This document shows, one piece after another, positions 1 through 9,723 of a stretch of DNA of 64,000 nucleotides. Origin of the DNA: Patescibacteria group bacterium. Lineage in GTDB: Bacteria > Patescibacteriota > Patescibacteriia > SG8-24 > DYFX01. The stretch lies in contig JBAZZB010000002.1 in assembly GCA_041659045.1 (NCBI GenBank), forward strand, positions 85,427-149,426, in the 5' to 3' direction. The translations under genes and the position numbers were made by a program. The notes under the pieces were generated by a model. It was not told the DNA's origin, ran no database searches, and saw only the letters and a list, made by a program, of their open reading frames with translations. Position 1 is the first letter of the stretch. Each line of letters begins with the position of its first letter.

Positions 1-1850
1 AACCGCCCGCCGCCGCGTCATAAAAACTCGCGGACGTACCGACGGGTGTCGCCGTAAGATAGGCCGTCGTGTCTCCGATCGTCACGGCGTTGCCAAATGC
101 GTCTTCACGACTCATGGTGTATCCGATTCTTGTTCCTACCATCATGTCGCCCGGGTCGTTCACCATGAATTTGGAGAGTGCGCCTGAGAGCACGTCGACC
201 GTATCTGTCACGTCGGCAATACCTGCCGCTCCGTCCGCCGCAAGCGCGTTATCCGAAACAGTGACAACATCGGACCCTGCTGTCGTGTCCTCATACCAAA
301 ATGAAGAGGTTGAAACGCCGTCCATGAACGTCGCGGATGTAATCTGGCTGCCACCCGCAGGCGCGTCATAGAACCTCGCTGTACCGCTCGATGCGTAGAG
401 ATACACGGTTAAGCCTCCGGACGTTGTCGTATTTTCAAGCTGATCTTTGCGCGTAACGACGTACGGCAACCGCACGCCGGCTGTCGCGACACCAGGATCC
501 GTGAGATCAAAGTGGTGTGTCGGTCCCGCGGAGAAAACCACATCCTGAGAAGAATCGGACAGGAGACCGGTGCTCTGCGTATCCTGAAGCGCGAGCGTTA
601 CCGTCTCCGCTACCGCGTTAGAAATTGTTTTCGTGCCGATACCATCGACGATATCGATGAGGCCCGCGCCTGTCGCCGCGCCCGTAAGCGTGAGCGTAAC
701 GTCGTTTTGAAATGACGTATCGACGCTCCCCGCATCATCAAGAACCCTCACGGTGACCATGACGTTTTCACCAGCAACCGCGTCTGTCGGATCCAGCAAA
801 AGGAAGCGCGTGGGCACAATGGGAATTTCCGTGACGACAACGTTATCGTTGGCATCAGCTACGCCAACCTCTGCGTCGGGCGCCGTCGCATTGTCGGAAA
901 CGGTGACGGTCCACGATCCGGGTTCTTCGTCGTAATACCAGAAATTTTTACTTGAAGCCGCATCCTCAATCGTCACAGACGTTATCGTGTTTCCGAGCGT
1001 CGCCGCGTCATAAAACGTTTTGCTCGCTCCCGACGAATTGCTGTAGAGGTATACGGACATCGGGCCGCTCGTCACGAAGTTGCCGAATTGGTCAACGCGC
1101 GTAACGGCGTATTCCAAACGCGTCGCGAGCGTCATGTCACCCGGGTTGTTCAGAAGAAGCCTTGCTACCGGGGCGGCCGCGACCACTACCGTATCCAAAC
1201 CATCATTGAGACCCGAAGCGCCGTCCGGTGCAGCTGGGTTGTCGGAGACGGCAATCGAAGCGGTGCCGGCTTTTTCGTCGTAATACCAGAAGGCGGCTGA
1301 GGTGGCTCCTTCCGCGATCGTAACGGAGGTGACAGGAGCGCCTCCTGAAGCCTCGGTATAAAACGCTTTGTTTCCAGAGGAGTCGCTGTGCACGTAGACA
1401 ACGTTGCTCCCACTGGTCGCGAGGTTGCCGAACTGATCACGTCGAGTGACGACGTAGCCGAGCCGCTCGCCAGCCGTCATCGATCCAGGATCGTTCAAAA
1501 GAAACTGCGATGCAGAAGCGGCCGTTACCGTAACGCCATCCGTAGCGTCGTCGACACCCACGAGGCCATCTGGTGCCGATGAATTATCCGAAACCGCGAT
1601 CGTCGCGAGGCCGGACTGCTCGCCTTCGTACCAAAAGTTTGCCGTGGACGAACCGTTTACAAACGCGACGGACGTGAGCAAATCCTCGCTCGTCGCGGTG
1701 CTATAAAATCCGTGGTTGCCCGTTGAGTCGCTATAGAGGTACACCGTTGCCGCACCTGACGTGATCGGGTTTCCATATTGATCTTTGCGCTCAACCACAT
1801 ACCCGACGCGTGCGCCCGCGACCATGCCACCGGGATCATTCAATATGAAT
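1..1850 (-). repeat. Tandem array of ~340-bp coding repeats (module starts near 1845, 1500, 1160, 820, 500, 170), moderately diverged
   Basis: Recurrent DNA/protein motif encoding LNDPG...GYVV.R.DQFGN...FWYYDE...VSDN..APDG at ~330-345 bp period, read directly from minus-strand translation. Confidence 0.55.
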
Positions 1851-2836
1851 CGTGAAAGCGGACCTGGCGCTACTGTCACTACGGGTGACGTGGCAATGGC
1901 TGCCAAGGTACCCGCATCAGACACGCGTGTTCTTGTCGTGAACGTCGTTGGACCCAGCGCCGTCGGCGCCGTCACACCACTCGCTCCCCCGTTCGCGCCG
2001 TAGGCAAAGGCAACGGTTGCGCCTGCTGGCAGCTGCAGCAGACGCACGCGCACATCACCGCCGCCGGGAAACGTCGCTGCGCCAGGTCCCAACAATATAT
2101 CGTCGACCCGTACCGTCACGTTATCGAGTGCTTTTGGACTTCTGATAATGAAGCCATAACTGACAACAGATGTTCTTGCTGCGGCACCGAACGGCAAGAC
2201 AACGTACGTCCACGTGTTCGCCGGAATCTCGGAACCGAATGAAATCTGTTCGATCGGACTCGCGATGTTCGTGTTGTTGTCGTAAGCGAAACGCAGATCG
2301 CCGCTCGCGATGGCGGCACTCGAATGTATCCAGAAACCGACGTTCGTGTACGCGGACCAGTTTTCCGTGGCGAGGTTCCTATACCAGCGATCGTTATTTC
2401 CCTCGTTGCCGTTGGTACACCGAATCGAGGCGGCGCCCTCGTGTTTCGTGCCGGTATCAGCAACCAGTCCGCCCGTGCAGGCGCTTCCTGCCGCCCACCC
2501 CGTCGTCGAATCAGCCGCGTCCTCAACATTGGCCAGCATGCCGCCCGTCGCAACGACGGTCGTGTACCCGGCCGTTCCGGAAACAGCTTGCGGCATCGTC
2601 CAACCCGAAGGAACAGTCAACGCGACTTCACCAGACGACATCGCTTCAGCTGCCGTGAACGTAAACGTATGCGTGTTTCCCGTGGTGCCCGCTGCCACCG
2701 TCGACGGTGTCACGACGTTTGTCCCCGAACCGTCAGCCGCTCTTACAATGCGATACAACGCAACAAAAGCGAATCCAACCACAACGATCGAAAGTGCCGC
2801 GATACCGAACCGGTGGCTGCGTCGAAGCGTGGACAT
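1..2836 (-). CDS. Large cell-surface/secreted protein, C-terminally truncated by the window edge; N-terminal hydrophobic signal/anchor followed by >=6 tandem ~113-aa modules
   Basis: Continuous minus-strand reading frame from ATG at 2836 (MSTLRRSHRFGIAALSIVVVGFAFVALY...) to the window start; not in ORF track because it has no stop inside the window. Repeated module xLNDPGxMxAGxRxGYVVxRxDQFGNxxTSG...VYLYSxSSG..FYxxAxGG..ITSV...FWYxDExAG..xIxVSDNxxAPDG. Starts 2 nt after HK stop (2839). Confidence 0.6.
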   Translation of the reverse strand, partial: MSTLRRSHRFGIAALSIVVVGFAFVALYRIVRAADGSGTNVVTPSTVAAGTTGNTHTFTFTAAEAMSSGEVALTVPSGWTMPQAVSGTAGYTTVVATGGMLANVEDAADSTTGWAAGSACTGGLVADTGTKHEGAASIRCTNGNEGNNDRWYRNLATENWSAYTNVGFWIHSSAAIASGDLRFAYDNNTNIASPIEQISFGSEIPANTWTYVVLPFGAAARTSVVSYGFIIRSPKALDNVTVRVDDILLGPGAATFPGGGDVRVRLLQLPAGATVAFAYGANGGASGVTAPTALGPTTFTTRTRVSDAGTLAAIATSPVVTVAPGPLSRFILNDPGGMVAGARVGYVVERKDQYGNPITSGAATVYLYSDSTGNHGFYSTATSEDLLTSVAFVNGSSTANFWYEGEQSGLATIAVSDNSSAPDGLVGVDDATDGVTVTAASASQFLLNDPGSMTAGERLGYVVTRRDQFGNLATSGSNVVYVHSDSSGNKAFYTEASGGAPVTSVTIAEGATSAAFWYYDEKAGTASIAVSDNPAAPDGASGLNDGLDTVVVAAAPVARLLLNNPGDMTLATRLEYAVTRVDQFGNFVTSGPMSVYLYSNSSGASKTFYDAATLGNTITSVTIEDAASSKNFWYYDEEPGSWTVTVSDNATAPDAEVGVADANDNVVVTEIPIVPTRFLLLDPTDAVAGENVMVTVRVLDDAGSVDTSFQNDVTLTLTGAATGAGLIDIVDGIGTKTISNAVAETVTLALQDTQSTGLLSDSSQDVVFSAGPTHHFDLTDPGVATAGVRLPYVVTRKDQLENTTTSGGLTVYLYASSGTARFYDAPAGGSQITSATFMDGVSTSSFWYEDTTAGSDVVTVSDNALAADGAAGIADVTDTVDVLSGALSKFMVNDPGDMMVGTRIGYTMSREDAFGNAVTIGDTTAYLTATPVGTSASFYDAAAGG

Positions 2837-2838
2837 AT

Positions 2839-4623
2839 TTATGTTCGAGGAATTGAGAACAGAAACGTCGTACCTTTGTTTTCTTCGGAAACGAACCAGA
2901 TACGTCCGCCATGGCTCTCTACGATGACTTTCGCGATATACAGGCCGAGCCCCGTACCACTGTTCGCGACCAGCTTGGCGTTCGACGCGCGGAAGAAGCG
3001 CTCGAAAATCTTCGACTGCTGCGCGAGTGGGATACCGACACCTTCATCCTTTACCGAAAAGATGTATTCCTTTGAGTTACTCGTATCGCAATCCAGCACG
3101 ATGTTTCCTCCCGGGTTCGAGTATTTGACCGCATTCTCAAGAAGGTTTTGAAACACCTGCTTGATTTTAACCGAGTCAAAATTCGCCGAAAGCGCTTTTG
3201 GAAACTTTGGAGCTTTCTTGATGCGTATATCCTTTTCATTCGCGAGCGGCTTCAGCTCATCGAGGATCGGATCAAGTACCGTCGAAAGATTACCGGGAGT
3301 CATTGCCATCACCAGCCCCTTCCCCGCCTCAACACGCGAAACGTCGAGCAGATCCATGAGCAAAGCGATCATACGCTGGTTGCCGTCATGGATTTGCTTC
3401 AAATATTCCTTTTGCTCTTTGGAGAGCGTCTTGTCGCGGTCTTCAAGCAGAACCTCCGACAGCCATCGAATCGCGGTGGCGGGCGTGCGCAGCTGATGGG
3501 AAACCATGCTGACGAAGTCCGATTTCATGCGTTCAAGCTCTTTTTCCTTCGTCACGTCTTCAAAAGACATCAGCGCGGATGCGATCTTTCCATTTTCAAA
3601 AATCGGCAATGACGTGGCGTGCACGATGATTCTCGTCTTGTCGGCACGCTCTATGGAGGCGTCAAAATTCTCGACGACCACCCCGGTGCGGAGTGTTTTG
3701 ATCAGCGGCAGGTCTTCAAAAGGCACGGGTTCGCCTTTCAGGTTTTGAAAATGATGTTCCGTAATTTCGCTGGTATGCCGACGATCCATTTCAAGATGGC
3801 TGTGTCCCAATAATTCAAGCGCTTTTTTATTTGCAAAAGAAAACGAACTCGTCGAAACGCTCGCTGTGAGTATACCGACGGGCAATTGCTCAAAAATAGC
3901 TTTCAATCTCTCTCCCTCACTTCGCACCAGATCCAAAAAATCCTTGCGGCTGTCCCTCAAACGCATGCTGACGAAGAAGAGGGTCAGCGCGAAAAGCGTC
4001 GCAATGACGACAAGCACCTGCTGAAAGAAGACTTCGCGCAACCAAGCCGTCTCGCTTATATCAAGGCCGAAATAGGCGTGCACGGCGCCCGTAGTCGGAT
4101 CGGTGATCGGCGAATAGCTGCTGATCCAGGTGCCCCAGCGATCGGTATAAGGACCCACCGCGAAGCTTTCGCCGAGCGCGAAGTTTTTTGCAATCGCCTT
4201 GGGAGCTTCGTAATAGATGTCGCCCGGCGCCGAGTAATCGGGTGATTCCGCGGGTTCAGAATCAACGTAAATGAAAACCTGCCCATCGCGCACGCCGAGC
4301 AAGTAGGCGAAGCGCGACCGATCCACTTCGCGCTGCGTTCTGATCATTCCAATTTTAAGGTATTCGTATTCTTCCGTTTGAAGATCAGTGGGTGTGCCGC
4401 TGAGCATCATGACATCATTATGATCGATGCTGGCTGCGACTACCCTCGTCATATCGAGCAGGTCGCCTCGCATTGAAGCGTCCAGCATTTTTCCGACAAA
4501 AGCCGTGGCATATGCGCCCGCACATACGATGAGTACAGCAACAAAAAACCGCAACGGCCATTTTTTTGCGGTCCTCACACGAAGTGTTGTCATGGATGGG
4601 GAATACCTTATATACAATACCAC
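2839..4623 (-). CDS. Sensor histidine kinase (periplasmic sensor domain, 2 TM, PAS, HisKA, HATPase_c)
   Basis: 594-aa ORF; H-box SHQLRTPATAI, N/G boxes (NLLENAVKYS..., DEGVGIP, GTGLGLYIAK), GGRIWFVSEENKGTTF C-terminus; no response regulator adjacent. Confidence 0.85.
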   Translation of the reverse strand: MVLYIRYSPSMTTLRVRTAKKWPLRFFVAVLIVCAGAYATAFVGKMLDASMRGDLLDMTRVVAASIDHNDVMMLSGTPTDLQTEEYEYLKIGMIRTQREVDRSRFAYLLGVRDGQVFIYVDSEPAESPDYSAPGDIYYEAPKAIAKNFALGESFAVGPYTDRWGTWISSYSPITDPTTGAVHAYFGLDISETAWLREVFFQQVLVVIATLFALTLFFVSMRLRDSRKDFLDLVRSEGERLKAIFEQLPVGILTASVSTSSFSFANKKALELLGHSHLEMDRRHTSEITEHHFQNLKGEPVPFEDLPLIKTLRTGVVVENFDASIERADKTRIIVHATSLPIFENGKIASALMSFEDVTKEKELERMKSDFVSMVSHQLRTPATAIRWLSEVLLEDRDKTLSKEQKEYLKQIHDGNQRMIALLMDLLDVSRVEAGKGLVMAMTPGNLSTVLDPILDELKPLANEKDIRIKKAPKFPKALSANFDSVKIKQVFQNLLENAVKYSNPGGNIVLDCDTSNSKEYIFSVKDEGVGIPLAQQSKIFERFFRASNAKLVANSGTGLGLYIAKVIVESHGGRIWFVSEENKGTTFLFSIPRT

Positions 4624-4705
4624 GCTTGTACAGCCTCTGCGAGGCTAACAATTGCGAAAAAGTAAAGAAAAAGCGCCCGTCGTTCGGGCGCGTCTTTCGT
4701 GTGTT

Positions 4706-5836
4706 CTATTCAATCTTCGGTGCAGCCGCCATTTCGGCTGACGGAGAGAAGTCTTGCGTCATATTAATGTCGTTGCCGAACGCGTAATCAAGATAAAACG
4801 CATCGGAGATGTCGTCGATTTTCTTATTCCAATCGCTACCATACAGAGCAACAGCGACGGCCTCGGACTTAATCCAGCGCAACACGCCTCCCCTCGCGAC
4901 CGCATACACCTTGTTCTCCGTCGCGAATTTCACCAACTTCACGCCGGGACGATACGTCACTTGTTTGGCGAGCGGGAGCGCAGCCATCGCGCTGGCCGAA
5001 ATCTCCTGCACCGTGGAGAAATCCGTATACCACGTGAAATAGGTGCTGGCATTCGGGAAAGCGCGGCGTTTGCCGTCGGAACCACGGTAATACACGGCGC
5101 GGCAAGGGCTTGAGGCAACGTCGCCCGCCTGGCACGGCAATTTCACGAGAGCGGGCACGGCTAGGGGCAGAGGTACCGGTACCGAAGGAAACGGCGCGGT
5201 GACGGTAAACGAAACGGGTGCGTTTGTACCGCTGTTCCCAGCTCCATCGAAACATTGGATATAGACCGAGTATGTACCTGGGTCTTGAAAGACATAGGCG
5301 AGGCTCACCGAGCCGGACGCCAGCACCATGTTTCCTTTGCTGAAATTATTTACGAACAACAAGCAGCCTGAAACGCCAGTTCCTTCATCGGTCACGCTTG
5401 CACTCAGTAAGGTCGACACACCGGCAAAGGCCGAGGTGGTGGCGATAGATCCGACCGAGGGGGCGTTATTATCACCAGATCCGGAGGCTGCCGTGACCGT
5501 CACTGAGGTATTCAGACCTGATTGGAAGTTTCCGGCGGCGTCGCGGCAGAACACGAAGATCGTATGAATCCCGGCCTGAACGTAGACGAAAGAGACGCTG
5601 GCAGTCGTGCCAGAGAGAGTCATGCCCGCAACATCTTCGTTATCCATGTACAAGCGGCAACTGGCGATGCCGGACTCTTCGTCCGTCACAGTCGCAGAAA
5701 CGACGACCGGAACGCCTACGACAGCAACACTAGGTGATGCGAGGCCTACAGTGGGGCGCGTCGTATCGGCGGCCAAAGCTGGCAGTGCCGAGCCCAGGAA
5801 CAGGAACGCGAGGATTGCGATGATGAAATGCTTCAT
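4706..5836 (-). CDS. Secreted protein with signal peptide and two tandem Ig-like repeats
   Basis: Likely start MKHFIIAILAFLFLGSALPALAADTTRP (ATG 5836); two copies of APSVG..SA.VTDE.SG...C.L.....MxL.SG..S.....G...I.C.D.AGN; longer ORF-track start (6127) runs into upstream gene. Confidence 0.6.
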   Translation of the reverse strand: MKHFIIAILAFLFLGSALPALAADTTRPTVGLASPSVAVVGVPVVVSATVTDEESGIASCRLYMDNEDVAGMTLSGTTASVSFVYVQAGIHTIFVFCRDAAGNFQSGLNTSVTVTAASGSGDNNAPSVGSIATTSAFAGVSTLLSASVTDEGTGVSGCLLFVNNFSKGNMVLASGSVSLAYVFQDPGTYSVYIQCFDGAGNSGTNAPVSFTVTAPFPSVPVPLPLAVPALVKLPCQAGDVASSPCRAVYYRGSDGKRRAFPNASTYFTWYTDFSTVQEISASAMAALPLAKQVTYRPGVKLVKFATENKVYAVARGGVLRWIKSEAVAVALYGSDWNKKIDDISDAFYLDYAFGNDINMTQDFSPSAEMAAAPKIE

Positions 5837-5907
5837 AGTTCCGACATCGTAGCACAGCGGAAAACAAAACGCGCCCACTCTTGGGGCGCGCGTACCGAGT
5901 ACTGAGA

Positions 5908-6066
5908 CTAGCCCTTGGACTTCTTCTTGCCGCGGACGGCGAGGTGCCCCTTGAACACCTTCTTGCCGGCGTCGGTGCGACCGTGGCCGCTGACCACCAG
6001 GTGGTGCTGCAGGCGCTCGGACACGTTCGACTTGAACTTGCAGTTCTTGTGCGGGCACGACCTCAT
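5908..6066 (-). CDS. Small (52 aa) basic Cys/His-containing protein of unknown function
   Basis: MRSCPHKNCKFKSNVSERLQHHLVVSGHGRTDAGKKVFKGHLAVRGKKKSKG; preceded by AGGAGA-6nt-ATG; below ORF-track size cutoff; weak resemblance to the C-terminal HH..G..GRKV region of bL32 only. Confidence 0.3.
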   Translation of the reverse strand: MRSCPHKNCKFKSNVSERLQHHLVVSGHGRTDAGKKVFKGHLAVRGKKKSKG

Positions 6067-6215
6067 CGCTTCTCTCCTGTAGGCGGAAATCCAGCTGTCC
6101 GAGCTGGGCGGTACATCTCACGACCAAGCCTTCCTATCACCATTTTCCAAAATTGTCAAGACCTGCCCCAAAAGAAAACGCGCTCGCCGGTGAAGCGAGC
6201 GCGCAAGCAAGTTGT

Positions 6216-6764
6216 TCAGTCGTCGTCCTCGGTCTCGATCAGGCCGAGGGCACGCATCCCCTTCTGGTGAAAGGGGCGCATGCGGAGCATAGCCCCGGTG
6301 CCGGCGAGTTCGCCGAGCAGTCGGGCATGACGCTCTTCGTCGGGAAGGATCTGCGCGACGATCGCACGGACGTCCTCCGGCGTCTCGGGGTGATTGAGAA
6401 TCACACGGAAACGGTTGCGAGCCAGCATCTCGCCGCGTGCACCGGCCGCGCAGGCCTCCTCGAAGGTGGTGACGCCAGCCCAGACCGGATCCCAGTAACG
6501 CTCGGGCGTCGGCTCGGTAGGAAGATCGACGCCTCGTGCGGCGAGCAAGCCGGCGACCAGATCCTGGTGCCGCAGTTCGTCCATGATGATGCCGTTGAAC
6601 GTCGCGAGTTGATCACCCGCGAGGTTCCACCGATCGACGATCGCCTGGAAACGTTCCGCTCCTCCTTTCTCTGCCAGATAGAGGCGCTGCAACCACTGCT
6701 CGAAGCGTGGGATGAAGCGTACAAGAAGTGACCACCAAGCCGCGGTCTTTTCGTGCAGACTCAT
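6216..6764 (-). CDS. Ferritin-like/diiron-type helical protein (hypothetical)
   Basis: 182-aa ORF with AGGAGG-5nt-ATG; EERH and other helix-paired acidic/His residues; preferred over overlapping + strand ORF 6153..6731. Confidence 0.4.
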   Translation of the reverse strand: MSLHEKTAAWWSLLVRFIPRFEQWLQRLYLAEKGGAERFQAIVDRWNLAGDQLATFNGIIMDELRHQDLVAGLLAARGVDLPTEPTPERYWDPVWAGVTTFEEACAAGARGEMLARNRFRVILNHPETPEDVRAIVAQILPDEERHARLLGELAGTGAMLRMRPFHQKGMRALGLIETEDDD

Positions 6765-6853
6765 GACTGCCTCCTAGCCTCATTTATTCACAAAAAAGCC
6801 GTTTTGTCAATGTTCCTTTGACGGAAGTCTTCCTCCAACGTAGGCTGGAGCGC

Positions 6854-7840
6854 ATGGAATCCCTGGCATCAACTGCGGCCAAAAACGTCGCCGACATCGT
6901 CGCGCTCGCGATTGAACATCACCCTTCCCGCAAGGCGTTGGTCGTTTTTGACGCGCGTTCGCCGCTCTCGCAGCTGCTTTCCGCTGCTTATAAGGAGGCG
7001 CTCCCCCACGCGACGAAGCTCGATTTTGACGCCGTGACACCGGACGCGATCATGGAGGAGATCAAAAAACTCGAACCGGGCGATTTGACCGTACTCATCC
7101 AATCTTCGAACTTTCGCCTGAGCGAGTTCCGTATTCGCATTGAATTGTTTCAACGCGGTTTGTCGGTGATCGAACACGTGCATCTTGAACGCGCAATCGA
7201 CGACCGCCAAATCGAAATCTACGTCGACTCCTTGGCATACGACCCTTCCTATTACCGCACGCGCGGCCACGCTCTTAAGGCACGGATCGACGCGGCCAAG
7301 ACAATCAAGGTCATCGGCGCCGGTACGGTACTCACCTACGAAGGCGGGATGGAAGACACCAAGCTGAACGTCGGCGACTACGAAGGCATGAAGAACATCG
7401 GCGGCACCTTTCCGATCGGCGAAGTGTTCAGCGAACCGAAAGATTTCAACCTGCTCAACGGCGAGGCGATGATCTTTGCTTTTGCTGGCACTGACCACCT
7501 CGTAAAAATCCGCGAGCCGTTCAAGATTCGCGTCGAGAAAGGCATTTTGGTGTCACATGAAGGACCGAAAGAATTTCAAGAAGTCCTCGACCAGATTTCG
7601 GCCGAAGAGGAAATCATGGTGCGCGAGTTCGGCGTCGGCTTGAACCCTGCCTTCAGCAAGGATCGTGTGGTCGACGATATCACGGCTTTCGAGCGCCAAA
7701 AGGGGCTTCATCTTTCTTTGGGTGAAAAGCACGGCGTCTATGCCAAGCCTGGCTTGATACCGAAAAAGACCCATTTTCACATCGATATTTTCGTTGATTT
7801 TGAACGCATCGAAGCGGACGGCGAAGATCTCCTCCGATAG
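6854..7840 (+). CDS. Peptidase M29-like aminopeptidase (AmpS/PepS family)
   Basis: C-terminal GLHLSLG...HFHIDIFVDF resembles M29 metal-binding I-H-I-A-L-G / H-x-D motifs; start at MESLAS (6854) or 6818. Confidence 0.5.
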   Translation: MESLASTAAKNVADIVALAIEHHPSRKALVVFDARSPLSQLLSAAYKEALPHATKLDFDAVTPDAIMEEIKKLEPGDLTVLIQSSNFRLSEFRIRIELFQRGLSVIEHVHLERAIDDRQIEIYVDSLAYDPSYYRTRGHALKARIDAAKTIKVIGAGTVLTYEGGMEDTKLNVGDYEGMKNIGGTFPIGEVFSEPKDFNLLNGEAMIFAFAGTDHLVKIREPFKIRVEKGILVSHEGPKEFQEVLDQISAEEEIMVREFGVGLNPAFSKDRVVDDITAFERQKGLHLSLGEKHGVYAKPGLIPKKTHFHIDIFVDFERIEADGEDLLR

Positions 7841-7859
7841 GCTGGTATACTGGGCGTAC

Positions 7860-9188
7860 ATGGCCCATCGTAACGTCATCATTGCCTTCCTCGCGCTTGC
7901 CGTCTTTTTTTCCGTGGCGCGCCCCCAAGCCTTGGCGCAAACCTCAGGCGAGATTCAGGCGCAACAAACGGAATTGCAGAAGCAGCTCAAGGACATCGAG
8001 CGGCAGATTGCTGACTACGAAAAGCAGCTGAAAGACGTTCGTTCGGAGAAGAACACGCTGGCCAACAAGCTCAAGCAATTGAATGCGCAGCGCGCCAAAC
8101 TGAATCTTCAGGTACAGCAAACCAAAGCGCTCTTGAACGACACGGCCAGCAAACTCGATCAAACACAGGGGCACATTGCCGTCCAAGCCGAGAAGCTTGA
8201 ACACCTGCACGAACAGATGGGTATTGTTCTTCAAGAACTTTATCGGCAGGATCAGCGTGGTCTCATTGAAATCTTGCTTTCCGGCAGCGATCTGTCCGAT
8301 TTTTTTGCCGAAGTCAGCGGCTACGCGCAAATTAACGACGGACTCTCTTCAATTCTGGATCAAACCAAGCGCGTGACAGCAAGCTTGAAGGAGCAGGAGG
8401 AACACTTGGTTGATCAAAAGCAACAGCAGGAGAATTTGGTCGCCATCATTCAACTGCAAAACCAGGAAGTCGTCTCAACGATCGGCGTGCAGGACTCCTT
8501 GCTGCAGCAGACAAAGGGCAAGGAAACGAATTACCAAACCGCGCTCTCCGACACGAAAAAACGCGCGAGCGAAATCAAGAACCGCATTTATAATCTCATT
8601 GAAGTCGGTAAAAAGGTAACGTTCGGCGAAGCGGTTGCTGTCGCCGACTGGGCTTCGTCGCATACGGGCGTGCGCTCGGCGTTTCTTTTAGCGATCCTGA
8701 CGCAGGAATCGAATCTTGGAAAAAATGTCGGTACCTGCAATCGCGCGAATGACCCGCCGTCAAAGAGCTGGAAAGTCGTCATGAAGCCGGAGCGCGACCA
8801 CGAACCGTTCAAAAAAATCACGGCGGCGTTGAATTTGCCGATCGACACGACACCCATCTCCTGCCCGATGAAAGACGCGAAGGGCAACCAGGTCGGTTGG
8901 GGAGGCGCGATGGGACCGGCGCAGTTCATTCCTTCAACGTGGGCGAGCTACGGGCCGAAAGTCGAAGCGATCAGCGGCAAAACCGCGAATCCGTGGGACA
9001 TGCGCGATGCCTTCCTCGCGTCAGCGATTTATCTCAAAGCGCTCGGCGCGGGCAATCAAAGCGGCGAATGGACGGCGGCGATGAAATATTTTTCCGGCTC
9101 GACCAACCTCAAATATCGCTTCTACGGCGACAACGTCGTGAAACTCACGGGGCAGTATCAGGAAGACATCGACGAGTTGAAGAAATGA
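7860..9188 (+). CDS. Signal-peptide protein with long coiled-coil and C-terminal lysozyme-like (lytic transglycosylase) domain
   Basis: MAHRNVIIAFLALAVFF signal; ~250 aa heptad-rich Q/K/E segment; C-terminal AILTQESNLGKN...GAMGPAQFIPSTW (SLT-like catalytic region). Confidence 0.6.
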   Translation: MAHRNVIIAFLALAVFFSVARPQALAQTSGEIQAQQTELQKQLKDIERQIADYEKQLKDVRSEKNTLANKLKQLNAQRAKLNLQVQQTKALLNDTASKLDQTQGHIAVQAEKLEHLHEQMGIVLQELYRQDQRGLIEILLSGSDLSDFFAEVSGYAQINDGLSSILDQTKRVTASLKEQEEHLVDQKQQQENLVAIIQLQNQEVVSTIGVQDSLLQQTKGKETNYQTALSDTKKRASEIKNRIYNLIEVGKKVTFGEAVAVADWASSHTGVRSAFLLAILTQESNLGKNVGTCNRANDPPSKSWKVVMKPERDHEPFKKITAALNLPIDTTPISCPMKDAKGNQVGWGGAMGPAQFIPSTWASYGPKVEAISGKTANPWDMRDAFLASAIYLKALGAGNQSGEWTAAMKYFSGSTNLKYRFYGDNVVKLTGQYQEDIDELKK

Positions 9189-9216
9189 AAAGCCCTGCAC
9201 CAGTCGGTACAGGGTT

Positions 9217-9723
9217 TTATGAATGCAGCTTCACGAGTCCGGTGTCGGCCCGCTCGGCCAGAAGCGTGAGCTTCGGACACGCGAGACACAGCGCGCAGAG
9301 CGCCTGGCGGAACGCGTGATGTGCGGATCGTCCGAGTCCGGGGAATTCCCGACTGCCGACGACGTAGGCGGCGCGGCCGCAGGAGCACGGCGTGCGCTCA
9401 GCCTCATCTGCCGAGCCGAACGGTCTGGCAAGTGGCAGAAGCGGCGGCTCCCAGCGGAACGTACCTACCTTCTCCGTGGTACGACTCATCAGATCGACTC
9501 TCTCATTCCGCTCGTCCGCAATGCATGTCTCGATCCAGAACGGATCGTAGGCGACAGGCTTGCCATTCTTGATGCGGTGCGAGCGTACGAAGAAGTGCAC
9601 GAGGCCTGTACCGACCCCGGCCATCGAAGCGACCCAGCCGAGCGGCAGAAACCACAGGAATCGTCCGAGTTCGCTCTCGGAATCAACGCCGAACTGTGCA
9701 ATCTTCAGGTCGTGCGAATTCAT
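9217..9723 (-). CDS. Hypothetical membrane protein (one TM, Cys-rich C-terminus)
   Basis: 168-aa ORF; ATG overlaps stop of upstream gene (ATGA at 9723) implying translational coupling. Confidence 0.45.
   Translation of the reverse strand: MNSHDLKIAQFGVDSESELGRFLWFLPLGWVASMAGVGTGLVHFFVRSHRIKNGKPVAYDPFWIETCIADERNERVDLMSRTTEKVGTFRWEPPLLPLARPFGSADEAERTPCSCGRAAYVVGSREFPGLGRSAHHAFRQALCALCLACPKLTLLAERADTGLVKLHS

Noticed and set aside
5908-6066. Calling the 52-aa protein ribosomal protein bL32/bL28
   Set aside because: Only a short HH..G..GRKV-like resemblance; lacks the paired CxxC zinc ribbon of bL32 and the N-terminal motif of bL28.
6153-6731. + strand 192-aa ORF overlapping the ferritin-like gene
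   Set aside because: No RBS and atypical composition; minus-strand frame has AGGAGG RBS and helical-protein composition.
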